Below are positions 17,971 to 26,888 of a DNA stretch of 58,383 nucleotides, piece by piece. The stretch is from Thermotogota bacterium (GTDB lineage Bacteria; Thermotogota; Thermotogae; MWEM01), in NCBI GenBank assembly GCA_034659095.1, contig JAYEGQ010000129.1, positions 1-58,383 of the forward strand, read 5' to 3'. Every line of letters begins with the position of its first letter. The stretch's first letter is position 1. Position numbers and translations under genes: made by a program. The notes under the pieces were generated by a model that saw only the letters and a program-made list of their open reading frames with translations, had not been told where the DNA came from and made no database searches.

Positions 17971-19054
17971 GGTTCACGCCCCTTTTAAACCTCTGCATGG
18001 TCCGATAAAGCGCATTCCAGGTCAATTCATTTCGCCCCATAATGCCTTTTTGCCAGAATATCATGATAATAATGAAAAGGGCTGAAAAGGCCAGCATTCT
18101 CATACCGGAAATACCTGCAATGGTAAAACCAAATAGAGTCATATCAGATTCTACAAATCGGAGGAATTCCGAGAGAACGGCAAATAAACCGGCGCCCAGA
18201 ACGGCTCCCGAAAGACTTCCCAGTCCGCCCAAGACGATCATGATCAGGATGTTAAAGGTGAGCATAATACCTAAAGTAGTGGGCTTGGGGTCGATAGATG
18301 TCAACCAGTGGGCATATAGTGAGCCGGCAACCCCTGCAAAAAAACCGCCCACAACAAATGAGGTGAGCTGATGCTTGAACACGTTGATTCCCATGGCTTT
18401 TGCAGCGATGGGATCATCCCGAATGGCTCTCAGGGCTCTGCCATATGAGCTTTTGGCGAAACTGCCTATAATCAGTAATGTGATCAGCAACCATCCCCAG
18501 GACCACCAAATATTGGTGTAGGAGGGGATTCCTTTTAATCCCAAAGATCCGTTTGTGATTCGGTTCCAATTCAATAAAAAGATTCTGATAATCTCAGCAA
18601 ATCCCAGTGATGTGATGGCCAGATAATCCCCGGACATTCTCAAGGTGGGCCAGCCCACAATAAAGGACATCAAAGCTGCCACAGATCCCCCGGCAATTGT
18701 TGCCCAGAAGAATGGAATACTTGAGAGAGCCTCGGTGTTAATTGGATAGGCAACACCCATGAGGATAAAGGAAGCTTCTTTCTGCTGAACACTCATAGTC
18801 AACAATGCAGCCACATATGCGCCTATGGCGATAAAACCGGCGTGTCCCAAGGACAACATGCCAGATACACCGTTGATAAGAGTGAGACTAACTGCCATGA
18901 TACCGAAAATACCGATCAATGAGACAATTCTGATCATGTAGCTGTTCAAATTTTCCTCTGCAATAAAAAATAGAATGCAGACACCAATGATAAAAAGAAC
19001 GGTCAAGATGATTTGCGCTTTTACGCTGATTGTTTTTTTATCCAAAGCCATCAC
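17960..19054 (-). CDS. livM: branched-chain amino acid ABC transporter permease
   Basis: Multi-TM protein with LSLGHAGFIAIGAY and RAIRDDPIAAKAMGIN motifs. Confidence 0.85.
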   Translation of the reverse strand: MMALDKKTISVKAQIILTVLFIIGVCILFFIAEENLNSYMIRIVSLIGIFGIMAVSLTLINGVSGMLSLGHAGFIAIGAYVAALLTMSVQQKEASFILMGVAYPINTEALSSIPFFWATIAGGSVAALMSFIVGWPTLRMSGDYLAITSLGFAEIIRIFLLNWNRITNGSLGLKGIPSYTNIWWSWGWLLITLLIIGSFAKSSYGRALRAIRDDPIAAKAMGINVFKHQLTSFVVGGFFAGVAGSLYAHWLTSIDPKPTTLGIMLTFNILIMIVLGGLGSLSGAVLGAGLFAVLSEFLRFVESDMTLFGFTIAGISGMRMLAFSALFIIIMIFWQKGIMGRNELTWNALYRTMQRFKRGVNHEK

Positions 19055-19992
19055 ACCTTCACTAATTCTTTCTTACCCATGATGCCGCTGGGTCTGAATG
19101 ACAGGAGAACGATTAGCAAGATGAAGGCAAAGGCATCTCGATAACCGGCCATTTGAGGCATTAATCCTACAGCCAGGATTTCTATAAGTCCCAGTAAAAT
19201 CCCCCCAATGATAGCCCCTGCCACTGAACCGATCCCGCCAATTACCGCTGCTACAAATGCCTTAAGACCCGGCATGAATCCAATTATTGGCCAAACTTGA
19301 GGGTATTTTCCCACCCAAAGGATTCCTCCCACAGCCGCCAGGGCAGAGCCCAGGGCAAATGTCAGGCCGATGGTTTTATTAACACTGATCCCCATCAAAG
19401 AAACGGCTTTTGCGTCCATGGATACTGCCCTCATGGCCATCCCTGCTTTGGTTTTGTAGAGGATGAACCAAAGGATCAGAAATGTTATAAGTGTTACGAC
19501 AAACGTGATGATGGTGATGCTTGGAATCCTTATGGCGTTGACCACAATTTCTCTACCACGAGCCTCGATGACTTCCCCGCCAATGGTGAAAATCTTAGTG
19601 AAAAAATCCGGAAAAACGTTTCTAAACGATTCCGGTATGCCTCCAAAAATAACAATTGCCAGACTCTGTAAAAACATTGATACGCCAATTGCCGTAATCA
19701 GCGCTGAGATACGCGGCGCATTTCTCAACGGTTTATAGGCAATCTTATCAACACTCATACCGAGTAAGGCAGCTCCCGCAATGCCTACTGCCATTCCAAG
19801 CCACCATGGCAATCCGAACAACGTAATGGCATAAAAGGTGAAATAGGTGGACATCATAAAAATCTCACCATGAGCAAAATTAATGAGTTTTAAAATGCCA
19901 TAGACCATCGTATATCCGACAGCGATCAGTGCATACAATAAACCTAGACTAAAACCATTTATCATATGCTGTATGAAAATCTCGACTTTCAA
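19051..19992 (-). CDS. livH: branched-chain amino acid ABC transporter permease
   Basis: INGFSLGLLYALIAVGYTMVYG and NFAHGE motifs. The start is probably one of the GTG/TTG codons at 19992-20001, after AGGGG. The track ORF extends to 20025. Confidence 0.8.
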   Translation of the reverse strand: MKVEIFIQHMINGFSLGLLYALIAVGYTMVYGILKLINFAHGEIFMMSTYFTFYAITLFGLPWWLGMAVGIAGAALLGMSVDKIAYKPLRNAPRISALITAIGVSMFLQSLAIVIFGGIPESFRNVFPDFFTKIFTIGGEVIEARGREIVVNAIRIPSITIITFVVTLITFLILWFILYKTKAGMAMRAVSMDAKAVSLMGISVNKTIGLTFALGSALAAVGGILWVGKYPQVWPIIGFMPGLKAFVAAVIGGIGSVAGAIIGGILLGLIEILAVGLMPQMAGYRDAFAFILLIVLLSFRPSGIMGKKELVKV

Positions 19993-20065
19993 CAACAACA
20001 CCCCTTTCGAAAAACCCGTTTTCAACCCTCCGAGATTTTAACGGGTTATGATTCATTGGAAAACA

Positions 20066-20160
20066 GGGTTTTGGGGTATAGGGTTTTGGGTCTGGAAAAA
20101 ACCCAATTAAATCTCTCCCGCCCCTCAATCCTCTAAACCCTAAACCCTAAATCCTATACC
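20066..20160. repeat. G-tract / telomere-like inverted repeat in the livJ-livH spacer
   Basis: GGGTTTTGGGGTATAGGGTTTTGGG spans 20066-20090. AAACCCTAAACCCTAAATCCTATACC spans 20135-20160. Arms 20075-20091 and 20144-20160 pair over 17 positions (15 Watson-Crick pairs, 1 G-T, 1 mismatch). Confidence 0.7.
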
Positions 20161-20196
20161 TAAGCTCTTAAAATAAGCTTGGGCATCTATATTATG

Positions 20197-21321
20197 TTAT
20201 GGATTGATTACGGAATCGTATACGTACTGTCCGTCTTCAATCTTTACGATTACAACGGATTTTTCGGCATTTCCTTCACTCGTGATGGTGATGAATCCGG
20301 TGGAACCGGGGAAATTCTTTGTTTCTCTGAGTGTTTTTGCAACCTTTTCTCTATCCAATTCGCCGGCTCTTTCGATGGCGTCTTTTAAAACCAGGTAGGC
20401 ATCAAAGCCTAGACCGGCAAACATTGAAGGTTTTTCTCCAGGATATTTTTTTGCATAGGCTTTCAGGAATAATTCTGCATTCTCATTAAATGCAGGAGAA
20501 TCGGCGTGATAACCGGCTGTCAGATAGAGTCCTTCAACGGCTTCTCCACCAATTTCAACTGTCTCATCGGCGTATGCTCCGTCTCCGGTGGCGAGGTTGC
20601 CGTAGAAACCATTATCATATGCCTGGGAACAGATCAGGGCGATTTCCGTATAGTAACCGGGCAGGTAGAATGCATCTACACTTTTAGACATGGCATCCAA
20701 TACCTGTGCAGAGAAGTCTTGGTCTCCTGTTCTGTAATATTCGTAGAAAAGTGACCCGCCAAGTCCTTCAAATGTCTTTTTAAAATAATTGGCCAGGGAT
20801 ACCGCATAATCCTGTTCAACATCTACAAAAACAGCAACAGTTCTATCTCCAAGATTATAGAGTAATTTAGCAGCAGCTTGCCCTTGGAAATCGTCTGAGA
20901 AACAGACTCTATTCACGTATTCTTTTCCTTCAGTTACAATTGGGCTGGTGGAAGTGGGTGATACCATAGGAGTTTTCAGTTCCTCTGCCACAGCACCACC
21001 GGCAAGACTGTTTCCACTGATGATATTTCCCAGGATAGCCAGCGCATTCTCGTTTTCAATGGCTCTTCGAACACCATTTGCGGCTTCTACTTTGTCACTC
21101 TTTGTGTCCATAACGACCATTTTTACAGGTAAACCAAGGATTTCGGGGAATAATTCCATAGCTACCTGAACCCCTTGATAGGTCATTTGCCCATAAGCGG
21201 CTGCCCCTCCGGTCATTGAAAAAACAGCGGCCAGCTTGACTTCACTTGGTTCCTCTGCACTGAAAAGAGTACCCATCAGCATTAAACACACTAACAAAAC
21301 GACACTAAACTTTTTCATCAT
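20197..21321 (-). CDS. livJ: branched-chain amino acid ABC transporter substrate-binding protein
   Basis: Signal peptide MMKKFSVVLLVCLMLMGTLFS. Type-I periplasmic binding fold pattern (KLAAVFSMTGGAAAYG). SD GGAGG upstream; ATG at 21321 or 21318. Confidence 0.85.
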   Translation of the reverse strand: MMKKFSVVLLVCLMLMGTLFSAEEPSEVKLAAVFSMTGGAAAYGQMTYQGVQVAMELFPEILGLPVKMVVMDTKSDKVEAANGVRRAIENENALAILGNIISGNSLAGGAVAEELKTPMVSPTSTSPIVTEGKEYVNRVCFSDDFQGQAAAKLLYNLGDRTVAVFVDVEQDYAVSLANYFKKTFEGLGGSLFYEYYRTGDQDFSAQVLDAMSKSVDAFYLPGYYTEIALICSQAYDNGFYGNLATGDGAYADETVEIGGEAVEGLYLTAGYHADSPAFNENAELFLKAYAKKYPGEKPSMFAGLGFDAYLVLKDAIERAGELDREKVAKTLRETKNFPGSTGFITITSEGNAEKSVVIVKIEDGQYVYDSVINP

Positions 21322-21365
21322 AAATCCTCCTCAGATTTTGGACTTCTTGTCCCTTTTATTGTTCC

Positions 21366-21387
21366 AAAAGCCTTTCCGGAAAAGCTT
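21366..21387 (-). terminator. second, weaker terminator-like hairpin in the liv leader
   Basis: The RNA reads GCUUUU CCGG AAAGGC followed by UUUU. It lies between the main leader terminator and the livJ SD. Confidence 0.35.
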
Positions 21388-21395
21388 GTATGGGT

Positions 21396-21438
21396 AAAAA
21401 AAAAGAGGCGGGGAATCTTTTTCGAATTCCCCGCCTCT
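21396..21438 (-). terminator. strong intrinsic terminator inside the livJ 5' leader (attenuator candidate)
   Basis: 13-bp perfect stem AGAGGCGGGGAAT / ATTCCCCGCCTCT with a 9-nt loop, followed on the minus strand by 8 U. There is no upstream minus-strand gene for it to terminate. Confidence 0.8.
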
Positions 21439-21467
21439 CATAAAGGTGCTCAGCCTAGCAAAAGACC

Positions 21468-21557
21468 TTAGCTCCCCCGATAAGCGGGGCTGCTAATCAC
21501 GATAACGTGCAACAATATTCCTTTGTTAAGCTTAAAACCTTCGTTAGAGAACGTCAT
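21468..21557 (-). CDS. candidate leader peptide, 29 aa, Ile/Leu/Val-rich
   Basis: GAGGAGG, then 9 nt, then ATG. Translation is MTFSNEGFKLNKGILLHVIVISSPAYRGS. Seven of residues 14-21 are I/L/V. The ORF 3' end overlaps a hairpin, and the terminator follows. Confidence 0.4.
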   Translation of the reverse strand: MTFSNEGFKLNKGILLHVIVISSPAYRGS

Positions 21558-21584
21558 TGTTTTCATCCTCCTCAAATTTTGCCT

Positions 21585-21593
21585 ATTATATCA
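21585..21593 (-). promoter_or_regulatory. extended -10 promoter for the liv leader
   Basis: The reverse strand reads TGATATAAT, which would put the transcription start about 20 nt before the leader ORF. Confidence 0.5.
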
Positions 21594-21771
21594 TAAAAAT
21601 AATTAAAAGTAAGAACGTGTTATAGAAATTTACTGATATATTACATAATAGTAAAAATTAAAAAAGAAGTTTTGTTTTTAAGTCTTAAATCCTCATAAAA
21701 ATAAGCAAAAAATTGCATTTTACTATATTAACCATCTCAAATTTAAGGGTCCTAATTATAGTGGTTCTTCA

Positions 21772-21780
21772 TGGTATAAT
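21772..21780 (+). promoter_or_regulatory. extended -10 promoter for pgm
   Basis: TGGTATAAT, divergent from the liv promoter. Confidence 0.5.
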
Positions 21781-21792
21781 CGTTTAACATGA

Positions 21793-23493
21793 GTGGTTGA
21801 GATCAAAGAGGTGACGAATTTGCCGAAGTATGAAGATTTGAAGCGACAATACGATAGATGGTTAGAAGCCTCTTCGGGTTGGATGAAAGAAGATTTGGAT
21901 TCAATGGCTGGATTGCCTTTTGATGTGTTTAAATCAGAGTTATATGAGCGGTTTTCCATGGAAGCCGAATTTGGTACGGGCGGGTTGCGTTCTAAGATAA
22001 GGGCTGGGACCAATGGTATTAACGATTTTTGGATCAAAAGAATTTGCAAAGCGATTAGAATTCATTCTAAAAGAGTTGTGATTGCATATGATACAAGAAG
22101 GTGTTCTAAGGATTTTGCCATTGAGGCTGCAACAGCGCTTTCTGCAGGCCAATGTCAAGTCTTTCTTTTTGATGAACCGGTTCCCACACCAATCCTTTCC
22201 TTTGCAGTGAAATATCTTAAATGTGATACCGGTATCGTGATAACAGCCAGTCATAATCCCAAAGAATACAACGGATTCAAGCTTTACGATGAAAATGGCG
22301 TTCAGTATATTCCTGATAAGGTTGAACAACTAAACGAGTTGATAAAAACGTTTTCGTTTTTGGATAAAGATAAAAAAATACCCAACCCGGAAAAGATAGA
22401 GAGGGTGGGAGCAAATGTTATTCATGCATATTATTCTGAAGTGTTTACCGAATTAGACACTTTAAAAGTTTACCGAAAAGGCGAAGCACCCGAAATTTCA
22501 GTGATTTATACACCATTACATGGGACAGGAGCTAGATTTGTTCCAAAGATCATGACAGCTTACGGTATGAATGTTCAGGTGGTTGAAGAACAAATGATAC
22601 CTGATTCAAAATTTCCAACTGTAACAGTTCCAAATCCAGAGGATCCAGATGCGTTTAAAATGGCTTTAAACAAAGCCAAAAATATGTTGCCAAAACCGAA
22701 GGCGTTAATTGCAACCGATCCAGATGCGGATCGTTTGGGAGTTTTTATTGAATATCAAGGAGAGTATAGGCCTTTGACGGGTAACGAGTTGGGAATTCTC
22801 TTTTTAGATTATATTCTAAGAAAAAAAGGAATCAATGATTTCAAAGGTAAGCAGGTCATTTTAAAGACCATTGTTACCACAGATGCCGTAAAACCCATGG
22901 CAAAATCGTACAATTTGAATGTATATGAAACTTTGACGGGTTTTAAGTATCTGGGAAATAAATCGGTAGAATTACAATCAAAAGGAATCGATACCCTGTT
23001 TAGTTTTGAAGAAAGTTATGGATATCTTTTTGGTAAGCATGCCGGGGACAAAGATGCCTGTTCTACAGCAGGGCTTTTGGCTTTGTTATTGTTGGATGTT
23101 GAACGTGATGGTAGCCTCTTTACAAGACTTGATAAGATTCGTAATCTCTATGGATACTACTTAGAACGCCTTTTAACCCATACTGCAGAAGGAGTGGATG
23201 GGATGAACAAGTTAAAAGATTTCATGCGTTCCTTGAGAACAGATAAAACGCTTCTGAATTGGGAAGATGGTATTAGGCTAAAAGATTATTTGAGAGAAAA
23301 AGGAGAGTTAAAGGCCGATGTGGTTGCAGCTCTTTTTCATAATGGAGATAAATGTGTATTCAGACCTTCTGGGACGGAACCTAAAATAAAAGCCTATATG
23401 AATATTCATGCTCAGGATAAAGCTAATGCAGTAAACCGTCTTGATTGGATGGAAGAAAAGGTTAAAAAGTTATTTGATTCCTATTTGAATTAA
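21793..23493 (+). CDS. phosphoglucomutase/phosphomannomutase family protein (PgcA-like)
   Basis: Active-site TASHNPKEYNGFK, FGTGGLR, and the metal loop DPDADR. The true start is probably TTG at 21820, after AAGAGGTGA. Confidence 0.85.
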   Translation: MVEIKEVTNLPKYEDLKRQYDRWLEASSGWMKEDLDSMAGLPFDVFKSELYERFSMEAEFGTGGLRSKIRAGTNGINDFWIKRICKAIRIHSKRVVIAYDTRRCSKDFAIEAATALSAGQCQVFLFDEPVPTPILSFAVKYLKCDTGIVITASHNPKEYNGFKLYDENGVQYIPDKVEQLNELIKTFSFLDKDKKIPNPEKIERVGANVIHAYYSEVFTELDTLKVYRKGEAPEISVIYTPLHGTGARFVPKIMTAYGMNVQVVEEQMIPDSKFPTVTVPNPEDPDAFKMALNKAKNMLPKPKALIATDPDADRLGVFIEYQGEYRPLTGNELGILFLDYILRKKGINDFKGKQVILKTIVTTDAVKPMAKSYNLNVYETLTGFKYLGNKSVELQSKGIDTLFSFEESYGYLFGKHAGDKDACSTAGLLALLLLDVERDGSLFTRLDKIRNLYGYYLERLLTHTAEGVDGMNKLKDFMRSLRTDKTLLNWEDGIRLKDYLREKGELKADVVAALFHNGDKCVFRPSGTEPKIKAYMNIHAQDKANAVNRLDWMEEKVKKLFDSYLN

Positions 23494-23522
23494 AGGGGGG
23501 AGGCTGATTTAAGCCGAAAGAA

Positions 23523-24056
23523 ATGGAGATATCCAGAGAAAAGATAAAAATCCTTTACAGTGAAGAAACAATCACCAAGAGAATAAAGGAGATGGGGCAA
23601 CAGATCAGTGAAGATTATGCAGGTCTCAAGTCACCATTGCATATGGTTTGCGTATTAAAGGGTTCAGTTCATTTTTATTCTCAGTTATTACTTGAAATCA
23701 ATATGGATGTGAGTTATTCATTCATACAAGTTGCCAGTTACAAAGGAGCCCAATCTTCGGGCAGAATCAACGTAAAATCTTGGATCGATGAACCCGTTCA
23801 AGGGAAGAATGTGATTGTGATTGAGGATATTTTGGATACCGGTCGAACGTTGAAATATATTTTGAATTACCTATCAAGATATAAGCCGGCTACACTGGAA
23901 GTGGCGACCCTTGTGGACAAGTATGAAAAGAATCATTTTGCGATTACACCCAAATACGTTGGATTCCAGACTCAGGATAGATTCTTGTTGGGCTATGGGC
24001 TTGATTTTGAGCAAAAGTTTAGAAATCTTCCGTATATTGGGTATGTGGAAGGTTGA
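23523..24056 (+). CDS. hpt: hypoxanthine phosphoribosyltransferase
   Basis: PRPP-binding motif VIVIEDILDTGRT with a C-terminal LPYIGY. Confidence 0.9.
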   Translation: MEISREKIKILYSEETITKRIKEMGQQISEDYAGLKSPLHMVCVLKGSVHFYSQLLLEINMDVSYSFIQVASYKGAQSSGRINVKSWIDEPVQGKNVIVIEDILDTGRTLKYILNYLSRYKPATLEVATLVDKYEKNHFAITPKYVGFQTQDRFLLGYGLDFEQKFRNLPYIGYVEG

Positions 24057-24072
24057 GAAAAAGGGAACAAGA

Positions 24073-24366
24073 ATGGAATCAAAGAAGCAAGGATTTATTT
24101 CCGGCATCTGTTTTCTGATTGTATTTTCAGCGGCTTTTTTCATGATTTGGAATGTGATTAGTTTGTTGGAAGAACAATATCGCGAGAAAATATCGGAGTT
24201 GCATTCTTTGAAAAATTTGTCTACCTATGACACGAGAGCTAATATATACGCCATTTTGGAAGCCTCAACAGAAACTAGCAACACGTTTGATGAAGAGGTT
24301 TATATCAACGGGAATCGAATCTATCTTGATGAAACAGGAGAAATATATATTCAGAGAGGAGAATAG
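24073..24366 (+). CDS. small bitopic membrane protein (97 aa), unknown function
   Basis: MESKKQGFISGICFLIVFSAAFFMIWNVISLL is a single TM helix, followed by a polar tail. Its stop is 4 nt before the hslU GTG. Confidence 0.5.
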   Translation: MESKKQGFISGICFLIVFSAAFFMIWNVISLLEEQYREKISELHSLKNLSTYDTRANIYAILEASTETSNTFDEEVYINGNRIYLDETGEIYIQRGE

Positions 24367-24370
24367 TAAA

Positions 24371-25795
24371 GTGGCAAAGGCATTACCAAAAAGAGAAGAG
24401 TTGACACCAAAGCGGATTGTAGAATTACTTGACAAATACATTATCGGACAGGATGAAGCAAAGAAATCGGTTGCCATAGCTCTTAGAAATAGAATTAGGA
24501 GACAGCAATTGGATGATGAGATGAAAGAGGAAGTCTTTCCAAAAAATATCCTGATGATTGGGCCTACTGGTGTGGGTAAAACGGAAATTGCAAGGCGTTT
24601 GGCCAATCTGTCTGATTCACCTTTTTTAAAGGTGGAGGCTACGCGATTTACAGAAGTGGGTTATGTTGGCAGATCGGTGGAGAGCATGATCAGGGAATTG
24701 GTTGAATCTTCCATCAACAAACTGAAGCATGAAGAGATGGAAAAGGTTGCCTTGCTTGCACAAACAGAGGTTGAGAAGATCATTGTTGATGCCATTCTTC
24801 ATCCCGGAAAGAAAGAAAGAAATCAACAGAATTTGGGAAATATCTTCGGCCAATTTTTCCAAGGATCACAACAGCCGTCACAACCTTCAGTTGAAAAGAA
24901 AGAAGAAGAAACTGAAACCAAATGGAATCGAGAAGAGATTGTCCAGAAACTTCGAAAGGGAGAGTTTGAGGACCGATTTATCGATATTGAAATCGAGCAA
25001 TCCAACTCACCGCAAATTGGTATGATTGGCGGAGATTTGGGAGATATTGGTATCGATATGCAAGGCATGTTTGGGAATTTAATGCCGAAAAAGAAGGTTA
25101 CGAAACGTGTGACGGTTAAACAAGCAAGAAAGATTTTACTACCAATTGAATCTGAAAAGCTGATTGACTCCGACAAGATCGTTGCCGATGGTATCGATTT
25201 AGCACAGAACCAGGGTATTGTTTTTATCGATGAGTTAGACAAGGTAGCCGGAGAAGGTTCAAAATCCGGGCCTGATGTTTCAAGAGGTGGTGTGCAAAGA
25301 GATTTATTGCCCATCGTAGAAGGTGCAACAGTCATGACAAAATACGGTATGATCAAAACGGATTTCATCTTGTTTATTGCGGCAGGCGCCTTTCATGTAA
25401 CCAAACCATCCGATCTCATGCCTGAGCTTCAAGGGAGGTTCCCCCTTCGAGTAGAATTGGAATCTTTGACAAAAGATGATTTTAAACGAATTCTTTCTGA
25501 ACCCAAGAATTCCCTGACCAAGCAGTATCAGGCTCTGTTATTGACTGACGGCGTTGAGATTGAATTTACAGATGAGGGGCTTGAAGAGATTGCTTTAGTT
25601 TCTTTCCAACTGAACGAGGATTTAGAAAACATTGGTGCAAGAAGACTTTACACAGTCATGGAGAGGATTTTGGAAAAAGTTTCCTTCAAGGCACCGGATC
25701 CCACGTTAAATAAATTGGTAGTGGATAAGAAGTGCGTTCGGGATAATATGGCTGAGCTGGTCAAAGACCGGGATTTGTCAGCCTATATACTATAA
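24371..25795 (+). CDS. hslU: ATP-dependent protease ATPase subunit HslU
   Basis: GTG start after GAGAGGAG. LTPKRIVELLDKYIIGQDEAKKSVAIALRNR, Walker A GPTGVGKTE, Walker B IVFIDELDK, an I-domain insertion, and a C-terminal DLSAYIL. Confidence 0.9.
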   Translation: MAKALPKREELTPKRIVELLDKYIIGQDEAKKSVAIALRNRIRRQQLDDEMKEEVFPKNILMIGPTGVGKTEIARRLANLSDSPFLKVEATRFTEVGYVGRSVESMIRELVESSINKLKHEEMEKVALLAQTEVEKIIVDAILHPGKKERNQQNLGNIFGQFFQGSQQPSQPSVEKKEEETETKWNREEIVQKLRKGEFEDRFIDIEIEQSNSPQIGMIGGDLGDIGIDMQGMFGNLMPKKKVTKRVTVKQARKILLPIESEKLIDSDKIVADGIDLAQNQGIVFIDELDKVAGEGSKSGPDVSRGGVQRDLLPIVEGATVMTKYGMIKTDFILFIAAGAFHVTKPSDLMPELQGRFPLRVELESLTKDDFKRILSEPKNSLTKQYQALLLTDGVEIEFTDEGLEEIALVSFQLNEDLENIGARRLYTVMERILEKVSFKAPDPTLNKLVVDKKCVRDNMAELVKDRDLSAYIL

Positions 25796-25810
25796 ACGGG
25801 TGAATGGTAC

Positions 25811-26884
25811 TTGAACAGAAATGAGAAAATAGCCGTTGCTGCAAAATTAGCATTAAATTTTAATGATTTAAAAAAGCTTTTCGAAAACTACGATTCCTTA
25901 AGGGTTTTAGGAAATGATTCTCTGCGATTACCTTTTAAAGTAGATATTCAAGAGATCGTTTCGGTTATCGAAAGGCTTGAAAAATGTCATACGAGAAAAG
26001 ACCTACGAATCATTACCTATGAGGATGAGGATTACCCCCCCATATTAAGAGAGATTAACGATCCTCCTTGGTGTTTGTTCGTAAAGGGAAAAGTTGATGT
26101 ATTGAATATGGATTTGATGAAATTTGCTGTGGTTGGATCCAGAAAAAACACCCATTATGGAAAGCTCACCGTAGATATGATCGTACCACTTCTTGTTGAG
26201 AAAGGTATTTGTATCGTCAGCGGTTTGGCATTTGGAATTGACAGCTTATCCCATAAAAAGGCATTAGAATACAACGGTAAGGTAATCGGAGTTTTGGGAT
26301 GTGGTGTTGATATTGTTTATCCTAAGTCGAATGAAGGGCTTTATAAAAAGGTCATCCAAAATGGTTGTATTATCAGTGAATATTTACCTTGGGAGAGACC
26401 CAGGACCTATTATTTTCCAAGACGAAATCGGATTATTTCCGGTTTGAGTCGAGGGGTATTGGTTGTTGAAGCGGCTAAAAAGAGCGGGTCCTTGATCACT
26501 GCCAGATGTGCATTAGAACAAAATCGAGATGTTTTTGCCATACCCGGGCAGATAAATGCTTACAGTTCGGGTGGTACTAATGATTTGATTAAAAAAGGGG
26601 CAAAATTGGTTACATGTACCGAGGATATTTTTGAAGAGTACCCTGATTCTTTTTCGCCTTTACAAAATGAAGAACTGCAGGAGACTCTTGAAAAAAGGGC
26701 CGTTCAGGATATGAACGATGAAGAGCGGTTGGTGTTTGGTTTGATAAAAGAAGGAGTTTCTGATTTTGATACATTAACGGACAGATCGCAATTGGATACG
26801 TCATCGTTGAATTATACCCTGACGCTGTTGACCCTTAAAGGGGTGATTGATGTTGTCGGCACCAGTTATCAAAAAAGAGTATAA
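25811..26884 (+). CDS. dprA: DNA-processing protein DprA (Smf)
   Basis: GSRKNT..YG, GLAFGIDSLSHK, FPRRNRIISGLS and VVEAAKKSGSLITA motifs. Confidence 0.85.
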   Translation: MNRNEKIAVAAKLALNFNDLKKLFENYDSLRVLGNDSLRLPFKVDIQEIVSVIERLEKCHTRKDLRIITYEDEDYPPILREINDPPWCLFVKGKVDVLNMDLMKFAVVGSRKNTHYGKLTVDMIVPLLVEKGICIVSGLAFGIDSLSHKKALEYNGKVIGVLGCGVDIVYPKSNEGLYKKVIQNGCIISEYLPWERPRTYYFPRRNRIISGLSRGVLVVEAAKKSGSLITARCALEQNRDVFAIPGQINAYSSGGTNDLIKKGAKLVTCTEDIFEEYPDSFSPLQNEELQETLEKRAVQDMNDEERLVFGLIKEGVSDFDTLTDRSQLDTSSLNYTLTLLTLKGVIDVVGTSYQKRV

Positions 26885-26888
26885 TGGA

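Noticed and set aside
20131-20160. CCCTAAA-type short tandem repeats as a possible CRISPR array or true telomere.
   Set aside because: There are only about 2.5 units of 7 nt with no spacers. They are embedded in an operon spacer of what otherwise looks like ordinary gene-dense bacterial DNA. They are treated instead as one arm of an inverted repeat.
21396-21580. T-box riboswitch as an explanation for the liv leader terminator.
   Set aside because: Only about 140 nt lie between the promoter and the terminator, and most of it is occupied by the SD-led small ORF. I saw no specifier-loop/Stem I features and no T-box sequence (AANNNGGGUGGUACCGCG-like).
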